This document shows, in pieces, positions 24,602 through 33,454 of a DNA stretch of 50,796 nucleotides (its first letter is position 1; the number at the start of each line of letters is the position of its first letter). Below the pieces are notes generated by a model. It worked only from the letters and a program-made list of their open reading frames with translations, was not told the origin of the DNA and searched no databases. The translations under genes were made by a program, and so were the position numbers. The stretch is taken from positions 1 to 50,796 of the IMG/VR virus record IMGVR_UViG_3300023210_000014; one strand, given 5' to 3'. The stretch is from a virus (lineage: Duplodnaviria > Heunggongvirae > Uroviricota > Caudoviricetes).

Positions 24602-25558
24602 ATGAATACAGTAACAATCAAATCCGGCCTTTTCTACTCTCAAAAGATCAAAGGATCTTTCCCCATGGCCAAAGGTTATGTGAACTGTCACACTTCAAAA
24701 CGCACCGGATATATCTGGATCATGCGTGATGAGAAGAAAATCAAGGTTCACGTAAACCAAAAGGATATCACAGTTGAGACTGCGGATTCACTGAAGACTG
24801 ATTCTCAGATTTCTAAGGAAATCGAAAATCGTTTTACCGTAATGGAAACTTTGGTTGATGGAGTTATCTCCCGCTCAATCAAATCCATGATTATCTCCGG
24901 AGCACCCGGAATTGGTAAATCCTTCACTGTTGATGAAAAACTCAACTCTGCTGAAAAAGCTGGGAAGATTAAGTTTTCTCAACTCACAGGTTCTTGCACA
25001 CCTATCGGACTCTACATGCAACTTTGGAATCACCAAAACGAAGGCGATGTTCTCGTCCTCGACGATATTGATTCCATCTTCAACGATATTGAATCCCTTA
25101 ACCTTCTGAAAGGTGCACTGGATACCGGTCGCACTCGTCAGATTTCTTGGATGTCCGCTTCGTCTTACCTTCGGGAAAACGATATTGACAACACTTTCGA
25201 ATTCAAGGGAACTGTGGTTTTTATCACCAACATGAACTTTGATAAAATGATTGAGAAGGCTTCAAAAATGTCTCCTCACTTCGCGGCTTTGGTTAACCGA
25301 TGCGTCTACCTTGACCTTGGAATTCACACCACTCGCGAAATCATGATTCGGATAAACCAAGTTATCCGCAACACTTCGATCCTCAAAGATCTGGGTGTTT
25401 CAATGAAGCACGCTGATGAAATCGTCAACTGGATGGTCACTAACAAAGATGATCTCCGCAGTCTGTCCATCCGGACTCTGCTCCAATTGGCTTCCTTCAT
25501 CAAGACTTCTGAATCAAGCTGGAAAATGATTGCTACAGCAACCATGCTCAAACGCTAA
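24602..25558 (+). CDS. AAA+ family ATPase
   Basis: Walker A GAPGIGKS, Walker B VLVLDDID, LLKGALD, sensor FITN, arginine finger ALVNR. Confidence 0.85.
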   Translation: MNTVTIKSGLFYSQKIKGSFPMAKGYVNCHTSKRTGYIWIMRDEKKIKVHVNQKDITVETADSLKTDSQISKEIENRFTVMETLVDGVISRSIKSMIISGAPGIGKSFTVDEKLNSAEKAGKIKFSQLTGSCTPIGLYMQLWNHQNEGDVLVLDDIDSIFNDIESLNLLKGALDTGRTRQISWMSASSYLRENDIDNTFEFKGTVVFITNMNFDKMIEKASKMSPHFAALVNRCVYLDLGIHTTREIMIRINQVIRNTSILKDLGVSMKHADEIVNWMVTNKDDLRSLSIRTLLQLASFIKTSESSWKMIATATMLKR

Positions 25559-25568
25559 GGAGAACTTA

Positions 25569-25736
25569 ATGTTTCGGGTTATTCAAAACGACAGAATGTT
25601 TAGGAAGCAAAAGATTTTGGCTGACAATCTCACACTTGAAGAGGCAAGCTGGATCCAAATGATCAATTATGGATTTTCAAAAGATCAATGGATCCAATTC
25701 GCAATTGAATCTAAACCGAGGGAAACTTGGAAATGA
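25569..25736 (+). CDS. small hypothetical protein
   Basis: AAGGAG RBS. Confidence 0.6.
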   Translation: MFRVIQNDRMFRKQKILADNLTLEEASWIQMINYGFSKDQWIQFAIESKPRETWK

Positions 25737-25939
25737 ATCGACAAGAAATGTTTACGCAGGAATTAAAGGAGTTGCTTAAGAAATACAAAGCAACGTTGAC
25801 AATGGAAACAGAAAACCCCAATTCGTGGCCTGAATTTCAAAGAGAACGAATGATCGTTGAATTTGATTGGGTTGAAGGTGAACTTCATGACACAGATGTA
25901 GTTTTGGGATCTTACTTTGATGGAGGAGAAAATGAGTAA
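25733..25939 (+). CDS. hypothetical protein
   Basis: ATGA overlap. Confidence 0.6.
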   Translation: MNRQEMFTQELKELLKKYKATLTMETENPNSWPEFQRERMIVEFDWVEGELHDTDVVLGSYFDGGENE

Positions 25940-26126
25940 TTCAAGTAGCAGTAGTGGTGGCGTAGGTCTTGGTGGCTTATTGACCGTCTTATTCGTAGGA
26001 TTGAAATTGACAGGTCATATTACTTGGCCATGGATTTGGGTTTTATCCCCAATTTGGATTAGCTTTGGATTGGTAATTCTTATTGCCCTCATTGCTTTCA
26101 TTTTCATAATGATTGCGAAGGGTTAA
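25932..26126 (+). CDS. small two-helix membrane protein
   Basis: SSSSGGVG..GLLTVLFVGLKLTG.I.W.W.WVLSPIW, a widespread phage motif. Confidence 0.8.
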   Translation: MSNSSSSSGGVGLGGLLTVLFVGLKLTGHITWPWIWVLSPIWISFGLVILIALIAFIFIMIAKG

Positions 26127-26127
26127 A

Positions 26128-26496
26128 ATGTATCAACGATTAGTTCGCTGGAGTTGGAATGCAGATTCCATATCGGAAACTCAAGATGCAATTTACAGTT
26201 TAGTCGGCCTTGCGGCTGAGCTTACTGCAATGGCAGAATTCCAAAAAAATCCAGGTTATGCAAATCAATGGAATGGGGACTGGGAAGTTCCTGCAGAAAT
26301 GACTGATGAATGGGATTGGCTAGAGTGGGCAGAAGTTCGAGTTGCAAAACTTGGTCACACTGTCACTTGGCAAGAACACAATAACAAAGATCGAGGAACC
26401 TGCACAGTAGAATTAAGTGGTCATGTAAAATTTCCACTACTCTTAGGTCGGGATTCTCAGCAATGGATAGAAACAAACTTGAAGGAGATTAAATAA
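26128..26496 (+). CDS. hypothetical protein
   Basis: Trp-rich ORF, coupled. Confidence 0.65.
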   Translation: MYQRLVRWSWNADSISETQDAIYSLVGLAAELTAMAEFQKNPGYANQWNGDWEVPAEMTDEWDWLEWAEVRVAKLGHTVTWQEHNNKDRGTCTVELSGHVKFPLLLGRDSQQWIETNLKEIK

Positions 26497-26774
26497 TGGC
26501 ACACGGATTCACACCACTTGAGGCCAAACCAGTCGGCGACAAACCACGAACCATCAGTATGATCAAGCTCCATATTTTCTATAAGATGATTGAGAATCAT
26601 TTTGAATATTGGGCGGATATTAATTACAAGAAAAATTCGATTGTAACGTTGACAGAAATCTCACAGCAATCAAACGCACATAAAATCCTTTTTGAAAAGA
26701 TGGTAACTTGGTTTGAAGCTGGTGGAGAAAAAAGCGATTTGGAAAAACCAAATCGTCCAAAATTCATTCAGTAA
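26496..26774 (+). CDS. hypothetical protein
   Basis: AAGGAG RBS, TAATG coupling. Confidence 0.65.
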   Translation: MAHGFTPLEAKPVGDKPRTISMIKLHIFYKMIENHFEYWADINYKKNSIVTLTEISQQSNAHKILFEKMVTWFEAGGEKSDLEKPNRPKFIQ

Positions 26775-26783
26775 GGAAATAAA

Positions 26784-27317
26784 ATGAGTAAGAAATGGTA
26801 CACAAGTGATTTTCATTTTAATCACCACAACATTCTAAAATATTGTTCTCGTCCATTTGAAACAATGGATGAAATGCACGATGCAATCATTTATGGAATT
26901 AATTCCACGATCGCACCCAATGATGAATTGTTTATTTTGGGCGATGTATCATTTGATGGTTTTACCAAGATTCAGCATCTGTTGGAACGGATCAAAGGTC
27001 AAAAACATTTAATCATTGGGAATCACGATGCGAAGAATCTTGGAAAGTGGTCAGGATGGAAAAGTGTAAGTCACTATAAGGAAATTAAGGACTCAAAACA
27101 AAAAGTTGTCCTCATGCATTACCCAATTGAGTCTTGGAATGGAATGGCACATGGGGCAATTCATCTTCACGGCCATCGTCATGGAGTTGAAGGAAGATAT
27201 GATGGAATGCCATCCAGACATTTTAGGGAAGACGTTGGAGTTGATCCCTGGAAATTTCAACCAGTGAATCTGGATATGCTAACGACCAAATGGTTGAAAG
27301 AAGGTAAATTGGTATGA
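26784..27317 (+). CDS. calcineurin-like phosphoesterase
   Basis: TSDFHFNH, LGDV, IGNHD, HYP, HLHGHRH, DVGVD. Confidence 0.9.
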   Translation: MSKKWYTSDFHFNHHNILKYCSRPFETMDEMHDAIIYGINSTIAPNDELFILGDVSFDGFTKIQHLLERIKGQKHLIIGNHDAKNLGKWSGWKSVSHYKEIKDSKQKVVLMHYPIESWNGMAHGAIHLHGHRHGVEGRYDGMPSRHFREDVGVDPWKFQPVNLDMLTTKWLKEGKLV

Positions 27318-28441
27318 CTTGGAAAACAAATAAACCATATAAAATTTTTGCCGATATGAAAACACTAGAACAAGGGGCTTTAGATCAATTTACTGAGGCC
27401 ATGGATATCCCGTGGGTAATTACCGGGGCTTTGATGCCAGATGCTCACGTTGGATATACTTTACCTATTGGGGGAGTTATTGCTACAAAAGACATGATTG
27501 TGCCAAGTTACTGCGGTGTTGATATTGGGTGTGGAATGTGTGCAGCAAAATTTGACGGATTAAAACGTGAAGATATTGAAGATCGTAAAGATGAAATATT
27601 TGATGGAATATATCGTGCAATTCCAGTTGGATTCAATCACCACAAAAAAGATGAAAAATGGTTGACACCAGCAATGAAGAATTACAAGATTTATTCGAAC
27701 ACTGATATTATGGCTCGTGCAATTGAATTGCGAAATCCATTGAAACAAATTGGGACACTTGGTGGAGGCAACCATTTCATAGAAATAGGTTATGATGAAG
27801 ATGATGATGTGTGGGCAATCTTACATTCGGGTTCTCGTGGATTTGGATATTACATTGCGAATGAATATGTTAAACTTGCGCATCCAGAAGGTAAAGTCAA
27901 AGATGGTCATTATGGGTTCCACATTGATTCAAAGAATGGTGAAGATTATTATTGTGATATGAACATTGCGTTGGACTTTGCATTGGCAAATAGAATGCAC
28001 ATGTTGGCCGCAATCTCTGGTGTTATTGGATGTGGATATATTGAAGATTCGTTCATTAATAGAAATCACAACCATGCCGAATTGGCTCACAATATGATCA
28101 TCCACCGTAAAGGTGCAACTCATGCTGAAGAAGGAATGATGGGAGTTATTCCGGGTAACATGCGTGACGGTTCTTTTATTGTCAAAGGTAAAGGAAATCC
28201 AGACGCACTTTGGTCCAGTTCTCATGGAGCAGGAAGAGTGTTAGGTCGTAAGGCTGCTAAGAAAGCTTTGGATATGGAAACATTCAAAAACGATATGGTC
28301 GGCATCAAGGCAAAGGTTGTAAAAGATACTTTGGATGAATCTGCCGGAGCATACAAGGATATTTTTGAGGTTATGGAACTTCAAAAGGACTTGGTTGAAA
28401 TTATTCACCACGTCAAACCTCTAATAAATATAAAAGCATAA
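27314..28441 (+). CDS. rtcB: RtcB-family RNA-splicing/repair ligase
   Basis: MPDAHVG, GVDIGCGM, GTLGGGNHFIE, HSGSRG, NRNHN, HRKGA, IPGNM, SSSHGAGR, DESAGAYK. Confidence 0.95.
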   Translation: MTWKTNKPYKIFADMKTLEQGALDQFTEAMDIPWVITGALMPDAHVGYTLPIGGVIATKDMIVPSYCGVDIGCGMCAAKFDGLKREDIEDRKDEIFDGIYRAIPVGFNHHKKDEKWLTPAMKNYKIYSNTDIMARAIELRNPLKQIGTLGGGNHFIEIGYDEDDDVWAILHSGSRGFGYYIANEYVKLAHPEGKVKDGHYGFHIDSKNGEDYYCDMNIALDFALANRMHMLAAISGVIGCGYIEDSFINRNHNHAELAHNMIIHRKGATHAEEGMMGVIPGNMRDGSFIVKGKGNPDALWSSSHGAGRVLGRKAAKKALDMETFKNDMVGIKAKVVKDTLDESAGAYKDIFEVMELQKDLVEIIHHVKPLINIKA

Positions 28442-28492
28442 AACCATTGATCAATATAAAATTTTACATATTTATTATTGAAGGAGAAATCA

Positions 28493-29068
28493 ATGAAAAT
28501 ATATAAAACAACAAATTTGATAAATGGTAAAATTTATGTAGGTCAAACGCGGAGAGAATTTAGAAATTATCTCGGGTCTGGTACACTATTGAAACGGGCA
28601 ATTGAAAAATACGGTAAAGAAAATTTCGAAAGCGTTATCTTAAGTTCATGTTCAACCCAAATCGAACTTAATAAAATGGAACGATATTGGATCAGTGAAT
28701 TAAACTCAACCAATTTGGCCATTGGGTACAATTTGGAAACAGGAGGAAATTCGCATTCAAACCATTCACATGGATTGAAAGGGAAAACCCGTCCTGCGTT
28801 TTCTAAAGAATGGAAGAATAAATTATCACAGTCTCATATTGGAAAGAAAGCTTCAGACGAGACTAAACGAAAGATGAGTGAATCACAAAAAGTGTCTTAC
28901 GCAAATGGAACTAGAAAAAAGAGAATCCCAAATGATCAATCAGGTTCAAAAAACCCCAATGCTAAAGAGATAATAATTGATGGAATTAAATTTGCGACAA
29001 TACAAGAAGCAATTGATCACCTTGGAATAACGAGATCGAAATTGAAGTGGAAAATCCACAAAGGATAA
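28493..29068 (+). mobile_element. free-standing GIY-YIG homing endonuclease with NUMOD-type repeats
   Basis: IYKTTNLINGKIYVGQT, YLGSG, E.YWI, GYNL; SDETKRKMSES, GSKNPNAK. Confidence 0.88.
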
Positions 29069-29127
29069 CTATAATAAATGGGACATCCAGTTCCATGTAG
29101 TTGATTTAAATTAATAAGGAGAACAAG

Positions 29128-29454
29128 ATGAAGAAAATGCTATTGGGAATTATGATGTTAGGTTTGCTCACAACTACTGCGTGTGCAGATACACCAACCC
29201 ACATTGAGGATGAGAATTGTGTAATGACTGTAACAGGCCAACCAACCTTAGATGGATGGTGGATGGCATTGCATCAGGAGCCAGGAGAAGAACTTGGTAT
29301 CGGATGGCACGAAAGTAATTTAACTGGAACTCTGATTGAATTAAGTGGAACAGAAATGATTTTTAATTTAACTGATATGGGTTTCAATTGTGACAGTGGT
29401 CTGGTTGGAAATGATGAAGTCAGTTTTGATACAGTTAAAAGTTTATACCGATGA
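29128..29454 (+). CDS. putative lipoprotein/exported protein
   Basis: AAGGAG RBS; signal peptide ending TTTACADT. Confidence 0.6.
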   Translation: MKKMLLGIMMLGLLTTTACADTPTHIEDENCVMTVTGQPTLDGWWMALHQEPGEELGIGWHESNLTGTLIELSGTEMIFNLTDMGFNCDSGLVGNDEVSFDTVKSLYR

Positions 29455-29885
29455 TGCGGTTTGAAACCGTAGAAGACTTTTATAGATATAGAATGAAAGA
29501 AGGTTATATGGATCCCTCACAACACCCAGAACGTAGACACTGCCACAATGATCAAGTTGGAAGAATTGAATTTCACGATACCAAATCTCAAAAGGAAGTT
29601 TTCGAACATCTTGAAAAGATTTGCAAAGTAGAAGAAGCAGATATGGTGAATCACCCCCCACATTACAATTCCAGATCTATGGAAGCTGCAGATATTATTG
29701 AGATATGCTTGGAAGGCGAAACCAATACTGCAGTGGCATATCCAATGTCAAACGTTTTGAAATATATTCTTCGATTCAGGGGAAAAAATGGAGTTCAGGA
29801 TTTGGAAAAATCTCTTTGGTATTTTGAGCGAATGATTCAAAAATACAAGGATGAACTTGAAGCAAGAGGGCCTGAAATAGGCTAA
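29451..29885 (+). CDS. DUF3310-family protein (T7 gp1.7-like)
   Basis: MVNHPPHY, NVLKYILR..GKNG.QDLEKS.WY. Confidence 0.8.
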   Translation: MMRFETVEDFYRYRMKEGYMDPSQHPERRHCHNDQVGRIEFHDTKSQKEVFEHLEKICKVEEADMVNHPPHYNSRSMEAADIIEICLEGETNTAVAYPMSNVLKYILRFRGKNGVQDLEKSLWYFERMIQKYKDELEARGPEIG

Positions 29886-30080
29886 TGTACCCACAGGTAC
29901 ACTCGGGAGGGCTTAACGGTCCTCCCTTTCTCGTATGGCCCCTGGACCCCTAAAAGGACGCTATAGCACGCTCTGTACGAGCTTTTAAGCCATTATCCAT
30001 GTTAACCTATGCCAAAATATTGCGTTGCTTACACGTCCATATAGGCAGTCTCTAAGTCCTTGTTATATAATAACTTAGCA
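29886..30080. repeat. intergenic palindromic element, copy D
   Basis: TGTACC-CACA-GGTACA, terminator hairpin 29905-29926, TAGCACGCTC, TGCGTTGCTTACACGT, AACTTAGCA. Confidence 0.75.
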
Positions 30081-30138
30081 CATATGGTAAAGGGCCCCAA
30101 AAAAGATGAGGTTTTTGTGATTAATTTTTGGTTTTTTG

Positions 30139-30167
30139 TTTACAATTAGGCCCAACTATGATATAAT
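30139..30167 (+). promoter_or_regulatory. early promoter, copy 11
   Basis: TTTACA-N17-TATAAT-GTACTTAAGTTAAAAAAC. Confidence 0.9.
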
Positions 30168-30208
30168 GTACTTAAGTTAAAAAACAAACTTGATCTTAGG
30201 AGATCCAA

Positions 30209-30421
30209 ATGACTACATTCGAACGAAATATGCGCACAGACATCCAACCTGGTAACGTTGCTTTAATCTGCGATGACGATTATAGCCAACTTCACTTGAT
30301 TCTCACCGCATGCAACGACGAAGGTTATTTCTATTGCATGGACCCCGGTGGCCACGAATGGATGTATCACTGGGATGCTGTTAAATCTGTTACTTGCAAT
30401 ATGAAATTGGAGATCAAATAA
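30209..30421 (+). CDS. early hypothetical protein
   Basis: AGGAG RBS after promoter. Confidence 0.7.
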   Translation: MTTFERNMRTDIQPGNVALICDDDYSQLHLILTACNDEGYFYCMDPGGHEWMYHWDAVKSVTCNMKLEIK

Positions 30422-30690
30422 TGCATCCTGGAATTATGGTTTTAAACAACCAACGTTACATTGTACCATATTGGATTCCAGTTGGAACTGAAGTTACAAT
30501 GGACAATATTTTAGATCACGTCCCAGCTGAATTAATTCCAATGAAGCCAAAAGTTGAGGTTTATCAGGTCACAAATAAACCTTACGTGATTAAAGTTATG
30601 TTTGGAAAAGTAAGTTGTGACTGCCCTGGATTTCAATTCCGCAGAAAATGTAAGCACGTTACAATGTTTTTAGAAACTGGAGAAGTTTGA
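30421..30690 (+). CDS. SWIM zinc-finger protein
   Basis: SCDCPGFQFRRKCKHV. Confidence 0.8.
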   Translation: MHPGIMVLNNQRYIVPYWIPVGTEVTMDNILDHVPAELIPMKPKVEVYQVTNKPYVIKVMFGKVSCDCPGFQFRRKCKHVTMFLETGEV

Positions 30691-30938
30691 TGAGATACGC
30701 ATACACAAAAGAGGTTTATTTTTCTAGTGATGAAGAAACCATTATTAAAATTGAAGAATATGCTTGTGAATTTGGGATTTCTCATGTTTTAAGTAATCAA
30801 TCCAAAATCAGACTAATGATCATTGGAGTCGAGGATTGCAATCACAGTTTCTTGAATGATGACCTCAAGGAATTTCTAGAAGACGAATTTCAAGGTTTGA
30901 AACTTCGCGATGTTCAATATGTCAATATTAGGTATTAG
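30687..30938 (+). CDS. hypothetical protein
   Basis: Overlap-coupled. Confidence 0.6.
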   Translation: MMRYAYTKEVYFSSDEETIIKIEEYACEFGISHVLSNQSKIRLMIIGVEDCNHSFLNDDLKEFLEDEFQGLKLRDVQYVNIRY

Positions 30939-30947
30939 GGAGTAATA

Positions 30948-31076
30948 ATGTTTGTTTTAGAATTGATGGCCCGAGGAATGAAAGCTATGTTTTGGATTGT
31001 TGCTTTGATAGTTTCAATTCCATTTCTATTCTTAAGTTTAATTGTCAAAGCATTCTCTTGCGATAATTATAGGTAA
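30948..31076 (+). CDS. small membrane protein (42 aa)
   Basis: GGGAG RBS; one hydrophobic helix. Confidence 0.5.
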   Translation: MFVLELMARGMKAMFWIVALIVSIPFLFLSLIVKAFSCDNYR

Positions 31077-31091
31077 CACGAGGAGACCAAC

Positions 31092-31403
31092 ATGGAAAGA
31101 CTTGAATTACTAAATGCTCCACCCATTTTATCAAAGTGGACTGTAAAATATGACACCCTTTTTAACATGCCAATGTATATCCAAGGGGTATTAATTAATG
31201 ATTATGATGAATTGGTTGCGGGCGACAACGTTGTTTTGGACGATATTTTGGCCTTGGATCTCAAACAGAAGAAAGTTCATACGTATAGCGATGAGATTTT
31301 CTTATTGGTTGGGCCTGGCCAGCAGATGATTTTAATTGATGAGGAAGCACCAGGTAAAGGTATTATCTGGGAAGCTCACGAGGACTTAATTCCGGAGAAC
31401 TAA
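31092..31403 (+). CDS. hypothetical protein
   Basis: GAGGAG RBS. Confidence 0.7.
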   Translation: MERLELLNAPPILSKWTVKYDTLFNMPMYIQGVLINDYDELVAGDNVVLDDILALDLKQKKVHTYSDEIFLLVGPGQQMILIDEEAPGKGIIWEAHEDLIPEN

Positions 31404-31404
31404 A

Positions 31405-31959
31405 ATGATTAACACAATTCGGATTAATGGTGTGACACGGGAACGTAGTTCTAAAGCTATGTTCACAGGTGACCACGATGATATTGAAATCCAATGCTTT
31501 GAATGTGGAAGTTGGAAAGATATCAAAAAACTCACCAATGACCATATAATCAAAAAATATCTCTGTCGTAGCTGTAAAATGAAAGCTACAATGGCTAAGA
31601 AAAAGAAGACTAAAAAGAAGGTCAAGAAAAAAGCAGTCAAAAAAGGGCCAAAGAAATTCAAACCATATTGGCCAGACGATTGCCCACATCGACCTTTTTT
31701 CAAATGCAAAACCCCAACAGGCTGTCAAGGATGTTACCACAATCCAGAGAAAAAAATAGCTCTGATGCCTAAACGTGGCCATGAGGACGACAAAGAAAAG
31801 AAAACAGCCAAAATACATTGGTTCTATGGAGTTAAGTCACATGTTAAGAAATCTTTGGGTCTATTAGATGATATCAAAAATGGTCGGGGTTTGCATCCTG
31901 GTGGAACTAGATCATATTTCAAATACGCCAGGAAAATAGAAGAAGACGACGAATATTAG
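31405..31959 (+). CDS. Cys-rich, Lys-rich putative nucleic-acid-binding protein
   Basis: CFEC...CRSC, KKKKTKKKVKKK tract, second C..C...C..C cluster. Confidence 0.65.
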   Translation: MINTIRINGVTRERSSKAMFTGDHDDIEIQCFECGSWKDIKKLTNDHIIKKYLCRSCKMKATMAKKKKTKKKVKKKAVKKGPKKFKPYWPDDCPHRPFFKCKTPTGCQGCYHNPEKKIALMPKRGHEDDKEKKTAKIHWFYGVKSHVKKSLGLLDDIKNGRGLHPGGTRSYFKYARKIEEDDEY

Positions 31960-31967
31960 GTTTTTTA

Positions 31968-31996
31968 TTTACATTTACGCTAAAATAGTGTATAAT
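31968..31996 (+). promoter_or_regulatory. early promoter, copy 12
   Basis: TTTACA-N17-TATAAT. Confidence 0.8.
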
Positions 31997-32038
31997 AAAT
32001 AAGAACGAATCAAAAACCATTCATTTGGAGGTTACAAA

Positions 32039-32929
32039 ATGAAGACTGAAATTATCACAGCTGAAGAAACTGAAATCGTAGAACCTATTATAAACATGGG
32101 TGAACGAGGCGAACCAACTGAACACACCGAACCATACCAGTTTGATGTTGTTGAGGAACCTGTTACTGCAGGTGGACTTATTGTTCCAAATATGCGAGCA
32201 ATCATCAATGGAAGTACCCAAGAAGTAATAGGAACTGTAGGTTCTCATTATAAGGTATTGAGTCATTCCGCGGCTCTTGATCCACTTTTAAAACGCTTAA
32301 ATGACAAAGGTGTTAAAACCTTTAAGCGAATCAACATGACAAATGGCGGAGCACGTATGTATGCTAACGTCTATTTTCCAGGCAATGAACTTGCAATTGG
32401 AGATCAAGGATCCAAAGATAATGTTTGGCCTGGAATCACAGTTGTTAACTCCCTTGATGGAGCTTTGAAATTCTCTGCCGAAGCAACTCTCTATCGTTTG
32501 GCTTGTACAAATGGTATGAGAATTCCTACTAAAATGGCTGCATTCTCTGCACGTCACTCTAAGAACCAAGATTTCGATTCCATGGTAGAACACATTCTGG
32601 AATTCGTTGCTGATGGTTCACAATTCTCTACATTCCAGCGTCTTGCTAATCATGGCATGAAGGTTGATGGGATCGAATCTATCATTGATGGAATCCTCAA
32701 AGACAAAGCTTCTACTTTCCCAGCACGTTACAAGGATATGGTCATGGGTGAAATCATGAAGACTGATACTTCCTTCAACACTGTTACAGCATGGGACCTT
32801 TACAATGCTTTCCAGTCCGTGATTGAACATCACCTGATTCGGGAAAAAGGTAAATTGAACCGAGGACGTACCCTGGAAGATAATCTCTTCAAGTACTTCT
32901 CTAATAATTATGGAAAGGTGATTGCATAA
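32039..32929 (+). CDS. DUF932-family protein
   Basis: VIGTVGSHYKVLSH, NSLDG, YRLACTNGM, RHSK, TAWDLYNA. Confidence 0.8.
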   Translation: MKTEIITAEETEIVEPIINMGERGEPTEHTEPYQFDVVEEPVTAGGLIVPNMRAIINGSTQEVIGTVGSHYKVLSHSAALDPLLKRLNDKGVKTFKRINMTNGGARMYANVYFPGNELAIGDQGSKDNVWPGITVVNSLDGALKFSAEATLYRLACTNGMRIPTKMAAFSARHSKNQDFDSMVEHILEFVADGSQFSTFQRLANHGMKVDGIESIIDGILKDKASTFPARYKDMVMGEIMKTDTSFNTVTAWDLYNAFQSVIEHHLIREKGKLNRGRTLEDNLFKYFSNNYGKVIA

Positions 32930-33219
32930 TGAAGTTATCCAATGAAGAAGCAAACGATGTTGTTTGGGAAGAGCATCCAGGTTGGGAAATGGTTCAAGGC
33001 TCCTTAGAAAAGGATGATGAAATCTATAAACAAATGCAAGGGATGTGTGCAGTTTTTGAACATAAGCCAAGTGGTAAATTTTATTCTTTAGCTTGGACCC
33101 ATCACCACAATGATTATGGGTGCGATCCTTATGAATATGAGGACCCAGATCCAATTGAGGTTGTTAAAAAAGTGGTCACCCGAACTATAACAGAGGATGT
33201 TTGGGAAAAGGTGACTTAA
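32929..33219 (+). CDS. hypothetical protein
   Basis: TAATG coupling. Confidence 0.7.
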   Translation: MKLSNEEANDVVWEEHPGWEMVQGSLEKDDEIYKQMQGMCAVFEHKPSGKFYSLAWTHHHNDYGCDPYEYEDPDPIEVVKKVVTRTITEDVWEKVT

Positions 33220-33245
33220 CACCATATAAACAAATCACTTATATC

Positions 33246-33274
33246 GGCCCTAGGAGCAATTCTAGGGCCTTTTT
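33246..33274 (+). terminator. intrinsic terminator ending early region
   Basis: GGCCCTAG/CTAGGGCC stem plus T5. Confidence 0.75.
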
Positions 33275-33313
33275 GTGTGTATGACCTAAATGATTGGTAC
33301 ATATACACTTAGC

Positions 33314-33407
33314 GACGTCCTGTACGTGCGTCTAAGCAACGCTAGATTTTGGCATATATTAGCCTTACTAGCTCATGAAAGTTGCTTAGGCACGCATATA
33401 GGACGCC
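33314..33407. repeat. intergenic palindromic element, copy E (27-bp imperfect inverted repeat)
   Basis: 33314-33340 vs 33381-33407, 21/27 matches; left arm is the reverse complement of the 30008-30036 box. Confidence 0.75.
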
Positions 33408-33454
33408 TTAGTATGGGCCCTGCACTATAGAAATGGATCAATTATCACTAAAGG

